From a virus, in IMG/VR virus record IMGVR_UViG_3300032242_003075, positions 25,883 through 89,882 of that record: a DNA stretch of 64,000 bases. One strand, given 5' to 3'. The notes under the pieces are model-generated. The model saw only the letters and a list, made by a program, of their open reading frames with translations, had not been told where the DNA came from and made no database searches. The position numbers and the translations under genes were made by a program. Below, piece after piece: positions 27,728-38,283 of the stretch (its first letter is position 1; the number at the start of each line of letters is the position of its first letter).

Positions 27728-29388
27728 TGAAGATTCACGAATTCTCATTTCGAAATATTTGCTCTTACGGCAATAAATTACAGACCTTTAAGTTTACGGA
27801 TGATCCAAAGCTAATTCTTGTTCAAGGTAAGAACGGAAGCGGCAAATCCTCAATTTCCGACGCGCTGACCGTTTCGATTTACGGAAAGTCAGCGACTCGT
27901 AAGATCAAGGAAATTCCCAACCGGATCAACAAGAACGCTTACACTCACATCAAATTAACAACTTACGGCGGTAGGGAGGTCGAAATTGAACGTGGAATAG
28001 AACCTAATTTTTCAAGGGTAACGATCGACGGTGCCGATTACAATTTACCGGATAAGCGAAGGGTCGATGATTTCATTGAGGAAGAGTTAACCAAAATTCC
28101 ATTCAATGTTTTCTCAAACACAATAAGCCTATCAGTTAATGATTTTAAAAGTTTCGTTAAATTAAGTCCGGCTGACAAGCGTCAAATCATCGATAAGATA
28201 TTTGGACTTGACATTGTGAATGACATGTCAAAGGTTTCAAAGGAGGAGACAAAGAAGATTAAGGGCGAAATAACTCCGCTTGAAACTTCAATCCAAAGTA
28301 ATCAACGACTTTTAGAATCTTCGGTTAATCAGCTGGAGTCACTAAAGACTGAGATAGAAGCGACCAATACTGCAAAGCTTGAGGAGTTAACTAATCAAAT
28401 CACTGAATTATCTGAACAGAAAGAGACTCACCGATTGAAAGCTGGCGAATTTACAACACAGATCAATGAAATACAGAAAATCATTAGACAGCAACGTGAA
28501 TCAATAGGCACGATAAGATTAAACGTTTCTGAAATACAGAAAAAGTTGGACATTTACAGCAAAAACAAGTGTCCACATTGTTTATCTGATCTTACTGATG
28601 AACTTCACAGTCAAATTAAAGACAAGTTATTGGCTAAGAAGTCCGAGCAAGAATCTCTTGCACCAAGCATTACTGAAAAGATTTCAGAGTTTGAATCTCA
28701 ATTATCTGAGGTTCAAAACACTCAAACTTCAATCAAGAACCAGTTCTATCAAGTAGATGCTCAAATAACCTCCATTAAGCGTGAGCTATCTGAACTATCT
28801 AAACAGACATCAAATACTTCCGATAAGCATTTATCAGAAGTAATTAAAAGAATCAGAACTGAGATTCAAGACAGATCAGTTGAATTAACTGAGTGTCAAG
28901 AACGACTTAAGATCTCCCAAGAAATGGAACAAATACTCTCTGACAACGGCATGAAAAAGATGCTAATGAGTCAAATAATTCCATTGCTTAACAAGAAAAT
29001 TCTTAAAACGGCTAAGGTTCTGGAGTTTAAATTTGCATTTGAGTTTGACTTGGAGTTCAATCCAATAATCACCCATTTGGGAATGCAAATTTCTCCGGAT
29101 TCACTATCCGCTGGAGAACAAAAGAAGATGAACTTAATCGTTTTATTGTGCATTCTTGAGCTTATTAAGCTTAAGCATAATAAGGTGAACGTGCTATTTC
29201 TAGATGAGATTTTTTCATCGTTAGACGTTGACTCAATATTTAGAGTAGTTGATCTACTTAAAACTTTCTCCAAGAAGTACAATATGACAGTATTCGTCAT
29301 TTCTCACGATCCTCTTCCTGAGGAATACTTCGACACCAAAATTCTGGTGGAGAATTTTGACCATTTTTCGGATTTAACGATCATTTAG
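27727..29388 (+). CDS. Recombination ATPase gp46/SbcC/Rad50-like
   Basis: GKNGSGKS, coiled coil with CPHC hook, LSAGE signature, LFLDE, ISH. Confidence 0.94.
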   Translation: MKIHEFSFRNICSYGNKLQTFKFTDDPKLILVQGKNGSGKSSISDALTVSIYGKSATRKIKEIPNRINKNAYTHIKLTTYGGREVEIERGIEPNFSRVTIDGADYNLPDKRRVDDFIEEELTKIPFNVFSNTISLSVNDFKSFVKLSPADKRQIIDKIFGLDIVNDMSKVSKEETKKIKGEITPLETSIQSNQRLLESSVNQLESLKTEIEATNTAKLEELTNQITELSEQKETHRLKAGEFTTQINEIQKIIRQQRESIGTIRLNVSEIQKKLDIYSKNKCPHCLSDLTDELHSQIKDKLLAKKSEQESLAPSITEKISEFESQLSEVQNTQTSIKNQFYQVDAQITSIKRELSELSKQTSNTSDKHLSEVIKRIRTEIQDRSVELTECQERLKISQEMEQILSDNGMKKMLMSQIIPLLNKKILKTAKVLEFKFAFEFDLEFNPIITHLGMQISPDSLSAGEQKKMNLIVLLCILELIKLKHNKVNVLFLDEIFSSLDVDSIFRVVDLLKTFSKKYNMTVFVISHDPLPEEYFDTKILVENFDHFSDLTII

Positions 29389-29438
29389 GTAACCTTTTTT
29401 GATTTTAGTAGTAAAAGATAGAAAATCTTTACTCAACT

Positions 29439-30329
29439 ATGATCACCTTCAAAGCTAATTCATTTGCTGAATGTTATTCTGACTCACTTAAGTCACTTTT
29501 AGAAAATGGCTTAGTTAATAACGCTAGGGGTACCACAAGTAAAGAATTACTGGACGTTGCCCTAGTCATTGAGGATCCGACTAAATGCCTATATTCTAAT
29601 CAGGTCAGAGGTTCACAATTAAAGTACATAGCTGCTGAATTTCTTTGGTATTATTCTGGCCGAAATGACGTAGAGTTCATTTCAAAATGGGCAAAGTTCT
29701 GGGAAACGATTCAGAATCCTGACGGTACAGCTAATTCGGCTTACGGTAACTTAATATTCACCGAGACTAACGAGCATGGGTTTTCTCAGTATCAATGGGC
29801 AATACAGAGTCTAATCAATGACGCTAATACTCGTCAAGCAATACTTCATTTTAATAAACCTAAACACCAGAATTCTTCTAATAAGGATTTCGTTTGTACT
29901 ATGTACGCGAACCTACACATTAGACGAAATAAGCTCTACATGAGCGTTTTCATGAGAAGCAATGATGTTATTTTGGGAACTCCGACCGACGTAGCATTTT
30001 TTTGTTCCTTACAAATGCAAATTCATTCTCATCTTAAAGAATTTTATCCGGATCTGGAACTAGGTTCGTATACACACGTTGCTAATTCCTATCATGTGTA
30101 CGACCGACATTACGATCTAGTTAACAGAATGTTAGACTCTGAATTTAACCCTGAAAGTCTTCCACCGATAATTTCAGATCTAATTGAAATTGATGGAACT
30201 CAATCCAATGACTTCAAATCAGTTTTTGATTCAATTAACTCGCCGAGCGACGACATCTTGATATTTCAGGACAGTTTTGATCTTTTAAAATGGATCTTTC
30301 TAAATCTATCCAACATTAACCCCGAATAA
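29439..30329 (+). CDS. Thymidylate synthase-fold enzyme, T4 gp42 dCMP hydroxymethylase-like
   Basis: E..WY.S, NS.YG, DFVCT, MRSND...G...D, S.HVY.RH; Asp at the position where ThyA has its dUMP-specifying Asn. Confidence 0.8.
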   Translation: MITFKANSFAECYSDSLKSLLENGLVNNARGTTSKELLDVALVIEDPTKCLYSNQVRGSQLKYIAAEFLWYYSGRNDVEFISKWAKFWETIQNPDGTANSAYGNLIFTETNEHGFSQYQWAIQSLINDANTRQAILHFNKPKHQNSSNKDFVCTMYANLHIRRNKLYMSVFMRSNDVILGTPTDVAFFCSLQMQIHSHLKEFYPDLELGSYTHVANSYHVYDRHYDLVNRMLDSEFNPESLPPIISDLIEIDGTQSNDFKSVFDSINSPSDDILIFQDSFDLLKWIFLNLSNINPE

Positions 30330-30335
30330 CTAATC

Positions 30336-30794
30336 ATGATGATTGATAAACAACATAAATTCGACATAGCTTACATTAAGATGGCTCAAGTTTGGTCAGA
30401 GTTGTCTTATGCAACTCGCAAAAAGGTCGGAGCTCTAATCGTCAAAAACAACACAATCATTGCCGACGGATTCAATGGAACTCCTACCGGTTTTGAAAAT
30501 GAATGTGAAATTGCAATAAACCACGAGGACGGGTCCTTTATTGAATACCAAACTAAGTGGTACGTTCTACATGCTGAATCTAATGCCCTAGCTAAAGTTG
30601 CTAAATCGACCCAAAGCTCAGATGGTGCAACACTATACATCACATACTCTCCATGTCGAGAGTGCAGTAAATTGATCCTACAAGCCGGAATCAAACGAGT
30701 CGTCTATCTAGAAGAGTATCGAGATATTTCAGGTCTTGACTTTTTAAGAAGGGCTGGTGTCGATGTAAAAAAAATAGACAGTCAATCAATATGA
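30336..30794 (+). CDS. dCMP deaminase
   Basis: KVGA, G.NG.P.G, HAE.NA, SPC..C zinc motifs. Confidence 0.93.
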   Translation: MMIDKQHKFDIAYIKMAQVWSELSYATRKKVGALIVKNNTIIADGFNGTPTGFENECEIAINHEDGSFIEYQTKWYVLHAESNALAKVAKSTQSSDGATLYITYSPCRECSKLILQAGIKRVVYLEEYRDISGLDFLRRAGVDVKKIDSQSI

Positions 30795-31192
30795 TAGATT
30801 CAACAGATCGCCGACTTGAAATAGTCTTTGTTAGAGATCAGCGACAATTTATTCAAGTTTTTAACAAAAAACAAAAATGCGATTATTTACTTAACGTGAA
30901 TAAAATAATTAGGGAAAAATTTGAGCAAGAGATCATTGTCCCCAATAAGATTCAGTCCTTTTTAATTAATTATGAAATTAAAAAACTAATTGACAAAGCG
31001 GTAAACGTTAGGAATCGAAAGTACAATCGAATAATTTACGTAAATTCAGGATTAAGCGTTAGTAGCATAAACAATGCAATAAAATTCTTAACTCTTGCGT
31101 ATGATGAGATAACGTTTGTCCCGAAGCTAATTGATACCGACTCTGATTTTAATGAACTTGCCGGAGTTGAAATCATAAAAAAAGGGCTTTAG
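30791..31192 (+). CDS. Hypothetical protein
   Basis: Overlaps the dCMP deaminase stop (ATGA). Confidence 0.6.
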   Translation: MIDSTDRRLEIVFVRDQRQFIQVFNKKQKCDYLLNVNKIIREKFEQEIIVPNKIQSFLINYEIKKLIDKAVNVRNRKYNRIIYVNSGLSVSSINNAIKFLTLAYDEITFVPKLIDTDSDFNELAGVEIIKKGL

Positions 31193-31203
31193 AGCCCTTT
31201 TTT
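31177..31203. terminator. Bidirectional terminator
   Basis: A7-gggct-ttag-agccc-T6 at a convergent junction. Confidence 0.85.
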
Positions 31204-31220
31204 ATTAGATATTAGTTTAA

Positions 31221-31610
31221 TTATGCTCGATTTATCTTAACTTGTCCAGAATAAACTTGAGAATCTTCAGGTTTATTAACATCGTCTATTAGTACAATAT
31301 CAAATTCACCAGCTTTATCCTTTCTAGTCGAGATCATTACTGCAGAATCTTTTTTTGAATTCGAAGTCATTGGCTCAATTACCTTAAAATTTCTAACCTC
31401 CTTGCTATCTTCGCTTGGTTCTCCCAATGCGGTAAATTCAAAGGACTTTCCGTCAGCAGTCGTGACTGAGATTTTGTAATTGTTGTTAGTTGGCTCAGCC
31501 GGTTTAATCGTTGTAGTTTCGACGGACTTCTGATCAATGTCTCCTGTTCCAGGCATTGCTACTGCATCCTCCTCAGATAACCATTGTTCGTATAGTTTAA
31601 TCGCTCTCAT
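31221..31610 (-). CDS. Hypothetical, putative head-internal protein
   Basis: N-terminus MRAIKLYEQWLSE. Confidence 0.6.
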   Translation of the reverse strand: MRAIKLYEQWLSEEDAVAMPGTGDIDQKSVETTTIKPAEPTNNNYKISVTTADGKSFEFTALGEPSEDSKEVRNFKVIEPMTSNSKKDSAVMISTRKDKAGEFDIVLIDDVNKPEDSQVYSGQVKINRA

Positions 31611-31618
31611 TAAGATGA

Positions 31619-32257
31619 TTATTCTTCGTCCTCAGGATTTTCAGATTCTTCAGAATCTTCTTCTTCTTCCTCAGCTGGAGCTTCGCTCATTCTCTTAACT
31701 GCTGTACATAGCAGTTCAGCAACTTCTTCTCTATCAATTTCCATCTTTTCTGCTATGTCAGATATAAGATCTTCGATTTCTTCTCCGAACTCATCCATTA
31801 AGTTTTCAAGTTGTTCTGCATCAACCTCAACGTCTTCCGGCGATCCTTCCATGGGCTCATCCGTTAATGGTTCATCGGTTTCAGCTTCAGCGAACATGTT
31901 GAATCCTTCACTCTCGTTTAGAAATTCTTCGAAAGTTCTGATTCTTGCGGCTTCTTCAACAGCGTCAACTGTTGCAATTGTTGGTTTTGCGTACATTGGA
32001 TCAAATGGTTTTTTCTTTGACGTTCTTGAAATGAGGTCACGAGTTACCGCTTTCCAAGTTGGGTCGTAATTATGATTGAACTTTCCACCTTCAAAGTCAG
32101 CATTTCTGTCAACTACTCGTTGGTATGGTTCTAGTGATTTTCTTTTTGATTTATCGAAAGGTTCAGCTGAATTAGGTCCGCCGAATCCAGGTTTCTTTAG
32201 GTCAGAATACTTATCCATTGAAGGATTGTCCCTGCGTTTTATGTTAAACATGTCCAT
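31619..32257 (-). CDS. Hypothetical, putative prohead core protein (basic N-half, acidic C-half)
   Basis: Internal IRTFEEFLNES motif; very acidic C-terminus. Confidence 0.6.
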   Translation of the reverse strand: MDMFNIKRRDNPSMDKYSDLKKPGFGGPNSAEPFDKSKRKSLEPYQRVVDRNADFEGGKFNHNYDPTWKAVTRDLISRTSKKKPFDPMYAKPTIATVDAVEEAARIRTFEEFLNESEGFNMFAEAETDEPLTDEPMEGSPEDVEVDAEQLENLMDEFGEEIEDLISDIAEKMEIDREEVAELLCTAVKRMSEAPAEEEEEDSEESENPEDEE

Positions 32258-32276
32258 GATTTAGGATTTAATTATT

Positions 32277-32876
32277 TTATTGACCGATTCGAGTCTCTGT
32301 GTAAGAATCTGCAGAGAACTGAACCGAAAGTTTAAGTATAGTTTCGTTAGTGTAATCCAATTCTGTCTCGGTCATTTTCTCAGGACCTATGAAGACTGGT
32401 GAGAACACAAAATCTCTAAAGATTGCACCTGCTCGGTTGAATTGAGTTACTTGAATTGAAGCTGGGTTGTTTGCCGGTCCAGCGTACGCTGACTTTAAAC
32501 CTTGTCTACCGGTTAACGGGTTATAAATTAAATCAGCCCATGCTCTTAGTGCATTGTAGATGTAGTTATCGTTATTGTCGTTTAAGTTAACCTCAAAGTC
32601 AATCTTGAACTGGTGATATGTTTGAGCAGGCTTAGCTGGAGCGTATATCCTGTCAGAGAATTTATAGTGTTGAACAATTACTCCTGAACCTGAACCTGCG
32701 TATTCCGGAAGCTTATCCACCTTCAATACGTGTTCCAACATTAGATTGTTTCCAAATCCGATTTTTCCTGCTACTGCCGGCGGTGGTGTGATGATGACTT
32801 CAAACTGATTTAAGTAAATCGGTTCGTATCTTCCTGGACCTGCAGTTGAATTTTTAAAATGTGGTAGACCTGCCAT
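32277..32876 (-). CDS. Tail tube protein (gp19-like)
   Basis: EP.YLNQFEV.I, LP, F.VNL, W.DL.YNP.TG, V.QFNR.G, LDY, F..D. Confidence 0.8.
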   Translation of the reverse strand: MAGLPHFKNSTAGPGRYEPIYLNQFEVIITPPPAVAGKIGFGNNLMLEHVLKVDKLPEYAGSGSGVIVQHYKFSDRIYAPAKPAQTYHQFKIDFEVNLNDNNDNYIYNALRAWADLIYNPLTGRQGLKSAYAGPANNPASIQVTQFNRAGAIFRDFVFSPVFIGPEKMTETELDYTNETILKLSVQFSADSYTETRIGQ

Positions 32877-32895
32877 CGTATGTCTTAGTTTTTAG

Positions 32896-33945
32896 TTATT
32901 TATTAGTGATGGTCTCACTTTGTTTACTTGTTTTACGAGTCCTTAAACCTGACTCCCTTGCCGCAATCTCTGCCTCCAGTTTATTCTGAAGAGCTTTAAT
33001 TTCAGGGGTCGTTTTATTGCCTAGCGTAATTCCAGTAGCCTTAATAACATCGGCAAAATCAATCTCAGGTTTCTCCTTTGAATAGACCGAATTTTGATCT
33101 GGCGTAAAGCTTAGTTCAACCGAAGGTAATACCTGCACAAGTAAATTTCCTCCCAACCTGCCGCTAGCTTCGTCCGACTTAACATTAAAGTCTTCGAACT
33201 TAAACTTATGGGAAACTCCGTTAACGATTGCCTCTGCCCAAATCAGTTTGGTGTTATCAACACTTTCTCCGGAGATTACCTTAGTTAGGTTCTGTGAAAC
33301 TTTATAAAGAAAGCTAATTCCGGATGAGTACGAGCCCTTTTCTAATTGACCGTCAATGAACCTCAGCTTTTCTCCGTGCACTATTACTGTGTATTCGAAA
33401 TTACCCTTGGGTGATTCTTGATTAGGCGCTTGAGTTGTAGTGCTAGTCACTTCCTCGGTTCCTTCTGGTCCACTCAATAGCTTTGGACTATTATCTATAT
33501 TAGCTTTAGGTTTAGCGTCACGAATCACATCTACTTCACCTCCTCTAGCTGGAAAAGCGATTAACGACCGACCTATGTCCGAGCCTTTGACAAGCTCTCT
33601 CTTACCGGTGTTCTGTAATGCTCTTGACGGCTGATCGCCTGATGCTAATTGTTTTGGCTGATCCGGTCCAGGTGGCAATGCTGCCTCCTTTAGGATTCCT
33701 AGCTTAGCGTCAATTATCGAATTAATCTCCATTAGTAGACCGTTTAACTGTTCCCCGGAGGTGTACTTAACGTACTTCGGAGAAGCATAGGCCGAGGTGT
33801 AAATTAGGTCAGGGTAAACATCAGTCTCATAGATTTCGATTAATTGATCGTTTTGATTCCATTTCGGCTGTTTACCCCTGCCTAAACTCTTCCAAGTTAT
33901 CTTGAATCCTATTATTGATTCAGCTATTACGCCCTGTACTGCCAA
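32896..33945 (-). CDS. Hypothetical virion-region protein
   Basis: ORF in the late operon. Confidence 0.6.
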   Translation of the reverse strand: MAVQGVIAESIIGFKITWKSLGRGKQPKWNQNDQLIEIYETDVYPDLIYTSAYASPKYVKYTSGEQLNGLLMEINSIIDAKLGILKEAALPPGPDQPKQLASGDQPSRALQNTGKRELVKGSDIGRSLIAFPARGGEVDVIRDAKPKANIDNSPKLLSGPEGTEEVTSTTTQAPNQESPKGNFEYTVIVHGEKLRFIDGQLEKGSYSSGISFLYKVSQNLTKVISGESVDNTKLIWAEAIVNGVSHKFKFEDFNVKSDEASGRLGGNLLVQVLPSVELSFTPDQNSVYSKEKPEIDFADVIKATGITLGNKTTPEIKALQNKLEAEIAARESGLRTRKTSKQSETITNK

Positions 33946-33948
33946 TTA

Positions 33949-34251
33949 TTATCCTATTTCTTTTTCACCCTGGAATTCCTTTCCACGATTTGATTTTTTC
34001 TTGCTAGGATCGACAGGCTTGTAGTTGGCCCAGATCTCGTTATACACTCTGCAAGAAGCTCCCATGAAGTTAACTATTCCGACGTATTTTTTACGGTCAT
34101 CGCCCTTCATTTTTGAAATTTTCTTACCTATTGTACGAGCATCGTCCAGGTCCAATTCTTCATCGTCCGACTTTCCGACCAAATCCTTTATTGAGCTTTC
34201 GTTGGTGACGAAGTCCTTAAAAGATCTAATCCTGCTATTATTTTGATCCAT
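33949..34251 (-). CDS. Hypothetical, putative head-internal protein
   Basis: IRSFKDFVTNES motif. Confidence 0.6.
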   Translation of the reverse strand: MDQNNSRIRSFKDFVTNESSIKDLVGKSDDEELDLDDARTIGKKISKMKGDDRKKYVGIVNFMGASCRVYNEIWANYKPVDPSKKKSNRGKEFQGEKEIG

Positions 34252-34265
34252 TAGTTAGAGTTTAA

Positions 34266-34634
34266 TTATTTCCTTGGCAATTTAGCCATCTTAGAGTCAA
34301 CTTGCCTGTTGGAAGTTTTACCCTTAATTAGGATATTAGCCATCTTAGGGTCAACTTGCTTATTGGAAGCAGTTCCCCTACCCTTAGGTAAATCAGCAGT
34401 ATTTGTCTTTACCGACTTTGTGATGCTCGAGCCCTTTCCTTTTGGAAGCTGTGCCATTTCAGGCTTTACTGATTTAGCGATGTTTTTACCTTTACCTTTA
34501 GGTAGCTCAGACACTTTATTATCAACCTGTTTGGTGATTTTTGAACCTTTAGCCGGAGCTCCTTTTGAAAGTTCTTGGTCGATTGATTTCTTTTCTAAAA
34601 GAAATTCTTGGTAGCTTAATACTGACTTAATCAT
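34266..34634 (-). CDS. Lys-rich 19-aa-repeat protein, putative DNA-condensing head protein
   Basis: VLSYQEFLLE leader; repeats K.V....A.LPKG(K/R)G. Confidence 0.65.
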   Translation of the reverse strand: MIKSVLSYQEFLLEKKSIDQELSKGAPAKGSKITKQVDNKVSELPKGKGKNIAKSVKPEMAQLPKGKGSSITKSVKTNTADLPKGRGTASNKQVDPKMANILIKGKTSNRQVDSKMAKLPRK

Positions 34635-34715
34635 TCTGTTTTATTTTTTTGTTGCGTTATGCTTTATCTATGAATGTTATTTATTTAAGCACACGTCGTT
34701 AAAATATGAGGCGAT

Positions 34716-36425
34716 TTATAAATTATCGGCTGACCATTCAAATTTCCAATTACCGCATTCAAATGTTCGGTATAGACCCCTTTCGTGCATTATCTGAAGT
34801 TCAGTTTTAGTTGGGTCCTCGCCCTGTAGAACAAGCTTGTGTTTCATGAAGTTATTCCTGGGCATCCTGATTCCGTTGACCACCCACGAATACGAATTTG
34901 ATCTACCCAATAGCTTAAATCCAAGTTTATGATACACGGTACAGGTTGGATCCGGTGAAATGTCTACGTCGCAAAAGCTTATCACCCGGGCAGGTCCTAT
35001 TTCTCGTACGAATCTTGAGAATAACTTTGAGGCTCCTCCTATTACTGACGTGTTCAACTTTGTGCAAAGTCGTTCAAGCTCCCAAATTTCGGACTTTCTG
35101 ACGAATGTCATGACCTCAACTAATTCTGACTCGTAGAACAGGCCGTATGCAATCGTACATCTCTTTCCTCCCTTTAAATGATTTTCCTCGCAAAAATCCT
35201 TTGCCTTTTTCGAATCCATTCTATCGATGGTGCATTTTCTTGCGAATATTCTCGATTTGGACATCCCCACAAAGTTATTAATCATGCTCTCAACTATCGG
35301 TCTTTTGGTTGACCAGTCATCTTCCCAGACATGATGTAGTTTTATTCCATGTGAATGAGCTAGCATCGTTTTATTAATGTGGTATTGAGAAGGTTTTTCC
35401 ATTTCACTATGCCAGTAAGTTCCGTTAAATTCAATCGCAATCATTTCTTTCGGTAAAAAAATGTCCAATTCTGTTCCCTTTAAAACGTATTTTCTATTTA
35501 ATAGAACGTTAGGGCCGTATACTGATATGACGTAATCAGCTAAACTTTTTTCAGCCTTTGAGAATCTTCTGTTTGATATGTCTGACTTATTACAGAAAGG
35601 GCAAGGATCAGCGCCTCTTCTTAGCTTAACGTTAACGCATGAATTTGCAAGCACGAACGAGTTACTGCATTTATTGCACAGTAATGAATAGTACTGAGTT
35701 GTAGTATCGTGATCAACTAATTCAATCTGGTAGGACTTTAACTTGGCTGAGGCAGCGATTGCTAGCTTGATCTTATTTGATTTTCCAACCTTACTTGAAA
35801 TTTCTGGGCTTTTAGCAGCATTTTCAAAACCGTACCTACTTAAATTAGTATCTTTGGTTTTTTTAATACCAAGCATGTTTAACGTTCCCTGAGAATCAAT
35901 CGTTGACTGCTGTTGTTTTTTTAATATATCATAATTCTGTAAAGCATGTTTAGCTCCATACCTCTCAACCATGGTCTTTTCCATAGATTCTCTCGGTTTT
36001 CCGGACCAATTGTGCTCAGAACCGTATCGTTCCATCATGGTTTTTCGGTAATTATCCCTAGTTGATTTCAGCTTGGTTGGATGATCAACTCCGTGCTTAA
36101 GCATGGTGCTTTCCCTTAAAGTTAGTAGGCGATTACTATCAATGCATGATTTATCCCCACATGTCTCTAAGTAGCCTTTAGAATATGTATTGAATTTTCT
36201 AAGTTTACCGCATTCGCATCTAACTCCATTTTCTGAGTTGACGATGGACCATAATATCTGCTGTGGATTGTCAGGTACTTGAAACTTATTGATTAAAAAA
36301 TCTTTAAACTCTTTGTCCTTTCTTAATATGGTCAATTCGCTTTGAATTCTAACGTTTGCCATTTTTTTCTCTAATAGTTTCTCCCTGAGTGAATCTAGTT
36401 TTTCTTGATTAGTTAGAGGTTCCAT
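34716..36425 (-). mobile_element. Putative homing endonuclease: (K/R)YG repeats, Zn ribbons, Vsr-like nuclease, C-terminal GNAT/Mom-like domain
   Basis: ELDIFLP...AIEFNG.YWH; IFARKC...F.EENHL.G...GL....LV.VMTF...WEL.R.C....GGASKL; own TATAAATA promoter at 36453-36460. Confidence 0.72.
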
Positions 36426-36485
36426 GTATCCAATGATTAGGTATTTGTAATCTATTTATACAAGACAGGTCAGACATAGGTTCAT

Positions 36486-36514
36486 AAAAAAAGCAGGCAT
36501 TTCTGCCTGCTTTT
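36486..36514 (-). terminator. Terminator after major capsid gene
   Basis: On the - strand: gcaggca-gaaa-tgcctgc-T7. Confidence 0.85.
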
Positions 36515-36541
36515 ACTTATTACTAATATAGTATATTAATC

Positions 36542-38263
36542 TTAGTAAGATGATGCTGGTCTAGTTGATCCAGTTAATACACCTAAACCGTTTACAGTTA
36601 AAGTGATGTATTGAGTTTCTGGGTGCCATCCTGCTTCTGTGATTGCATAACGTGATTTCATACCAATTTTTGGAGAGAATGTACCTTCTGCAATTGTTTG
36701 AAGAGATTCAGCCATAATATACGGCATGAATTTAACACCTGGTTCTTCATCTGCACCTTTACGGCCGATGTGGATTCTGTTATCTCCGAATTTTAAGTTT
36801 GGATCCACATACACAGTTAAACCGTGTACTTTACCTGCTGGATATAATTGTCCTGCAGTTGATGGAAGATCATTATTAAACGGAGAGAATGTGTAACCTG
36901 CTACGTCAGCAAGAGCTGAAGCAACACGACCGTTAGTTACGATGTAAGTACCGGCTCCGAAACGACCTCTGTGATAAATCAAGTTAGCCATTTCAAGAAT
37001 TTTAGTTACAACTCGACGTTGTAGAGTTGAGATGTTCTCAAAACCAGTTGAACCTACTGTAAGGTCTAAGTTAGTAATGTCAGAACCTTCAACTCCTGCG
37101 ATTTCAGTGTTATGAGCTGTTCCTAATTGGAATACTCTGTCTACTAATTTCTTGTTGATCGATTGAGCAAGTTCGTTAACCGCTACGTTTTCTAACATTG
37201 AGATTACGTCGAAGTTCCAAACTCTGTTAAGATCTTGGATTTGCTCAACTGTTGCAGAGATAGCAACTTGGTCTCCTTTTGCTTCGATGAACTTGGTGAA
37301 CATACGAAGACCCATTTGACGGAATTTTGAAGTTTCTGCAACTGCTCTGGTCATTCCATCCATTTGACTTCCGTTAGCTCCTAAGTAAGGACCGTTAAAG
37401 TCAGTAGTTGAGTAATCAGCATCTGATACTGAAGTGAAACCTGAAATGTGGTTTTCTAAAGCAGATACTAATTCAACTTTGTTATCAGCTGTACGGAAAG
37501 TTACTACCGAAGTACCTGAAACGTCAGTGTTATTAGCTGGTTGAATATCAACGTCTGCTGCGAAGTAATCAGCAAGAGTACCGCTATCATGAGATAAGAT
37601 AACCTTGAAGATTGGAGTTCCGTCAACACGTGATTTACCAACGTATTGCATAACTAAGTCAGTGTTGGCTTCGTTTACACCGTAGTTGTTACCTTCGGTG
37701 AACGGTAGAGTAGCTGAGCTAAACTTAGCACCATTTGCGACACCGTTTACTGTAGAACCAGCAGCGTTTTCTAACAAACCTGTGATCTTGATTAAATACG
37801 GTTCGTATTGTTTGTCAATGTTACCACCTTGGTACACGTAATCCAAGTAAGGTAAGAAACCTACTGGAGAATCCATAGGAACTACACCAACTAGGTCGAA
37901 ACCAATAGTTTTAGCAGCCACTTGGATTGCTACAGGTAAAAGGCTTGGGAATTTATCACCAGAACCTGATACTGAAGCACCGTATCCGTTTTTAATACCT
38001 GCTGTGAACGGAGTCATTGAGCTAGTAGGAGAAGTGATTGCTCCCATTGCGCTAATAGAACCCGGTTGTTGTAAGAATAAACCTGGAGCTACACCAGTGT
38101 TTGATTCATTGATTGCACCTGCGTTATCGAAGATTGCATGGTTGTGAGCTAAGTCAACAATCCAAGGGCGAGCTGTTACGTTTGCGCCGTATCCTTCTAA
38201 AACTGGGGTCCAAGTTTCTCTGATTGAAACATCGTTCAATCTTTTGAAAATTTTAGTTGCCAT
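36542..38263 (-). CDS. Major capsid protein (gp23-like)
   Basis: W.P.LE N-terminus, DLVGV.PM..P.G, EQIQDL, I.HRGRFGAG.YIV, G..VY.D, FMPY, F.P.IG.KSRY. Confidence 0.92.
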   Translation of the reverse strand: MATKIFKRLNDVSIRETWTPVLEGYGANVTARPWIVDLAHNHAIFDNAGAINESNTGVAPGLFLQQPGSISAMGAITSPTSSMTPFTAGIKNGYGASVSGSGDKFPSLLPVAIQVAAKTIGFDLVGVVPMDSPVGFLPYLDYVYQGGNIDKQYEPYLIKITGLLENAAGSTVNGVANGAKFSSATLPFTEGNNYGVNEANTDLVMQYVGKSRVDGTPIFKVILSHDSGTLADYFAADVDIQPANNTDVSGTSVVTFRTADNKVELVSALENHISGFTSVSDADYSTTDFNGPYLGANGSQMDGMTRAVAETSKFRQMGLRMFTKFIEAKGDQVAISATVEQIQDLNRVWNFDVISMLENVAVNELAQSINKKLVDRVFQLGTAHNTEIAGVEGSDITNLDLTVGSTGFENISTLQRRVVTKILEMANLIYHRGRFGAGTYIVTNGRVASALADVAGYTFSPFNNDLPSTAGQLYPAGKVHGLTVYVDPNLKFGDNRIHIGRKGADEEPGVKFMPYIMAESLQTIAEGTFSPKIGMKSRYAITEAGWHPETQYITLTVNGLGVLTGSTRPASSY

Positions 38264-38283
38264 TTTGTTTTAAAAATGTTTTT

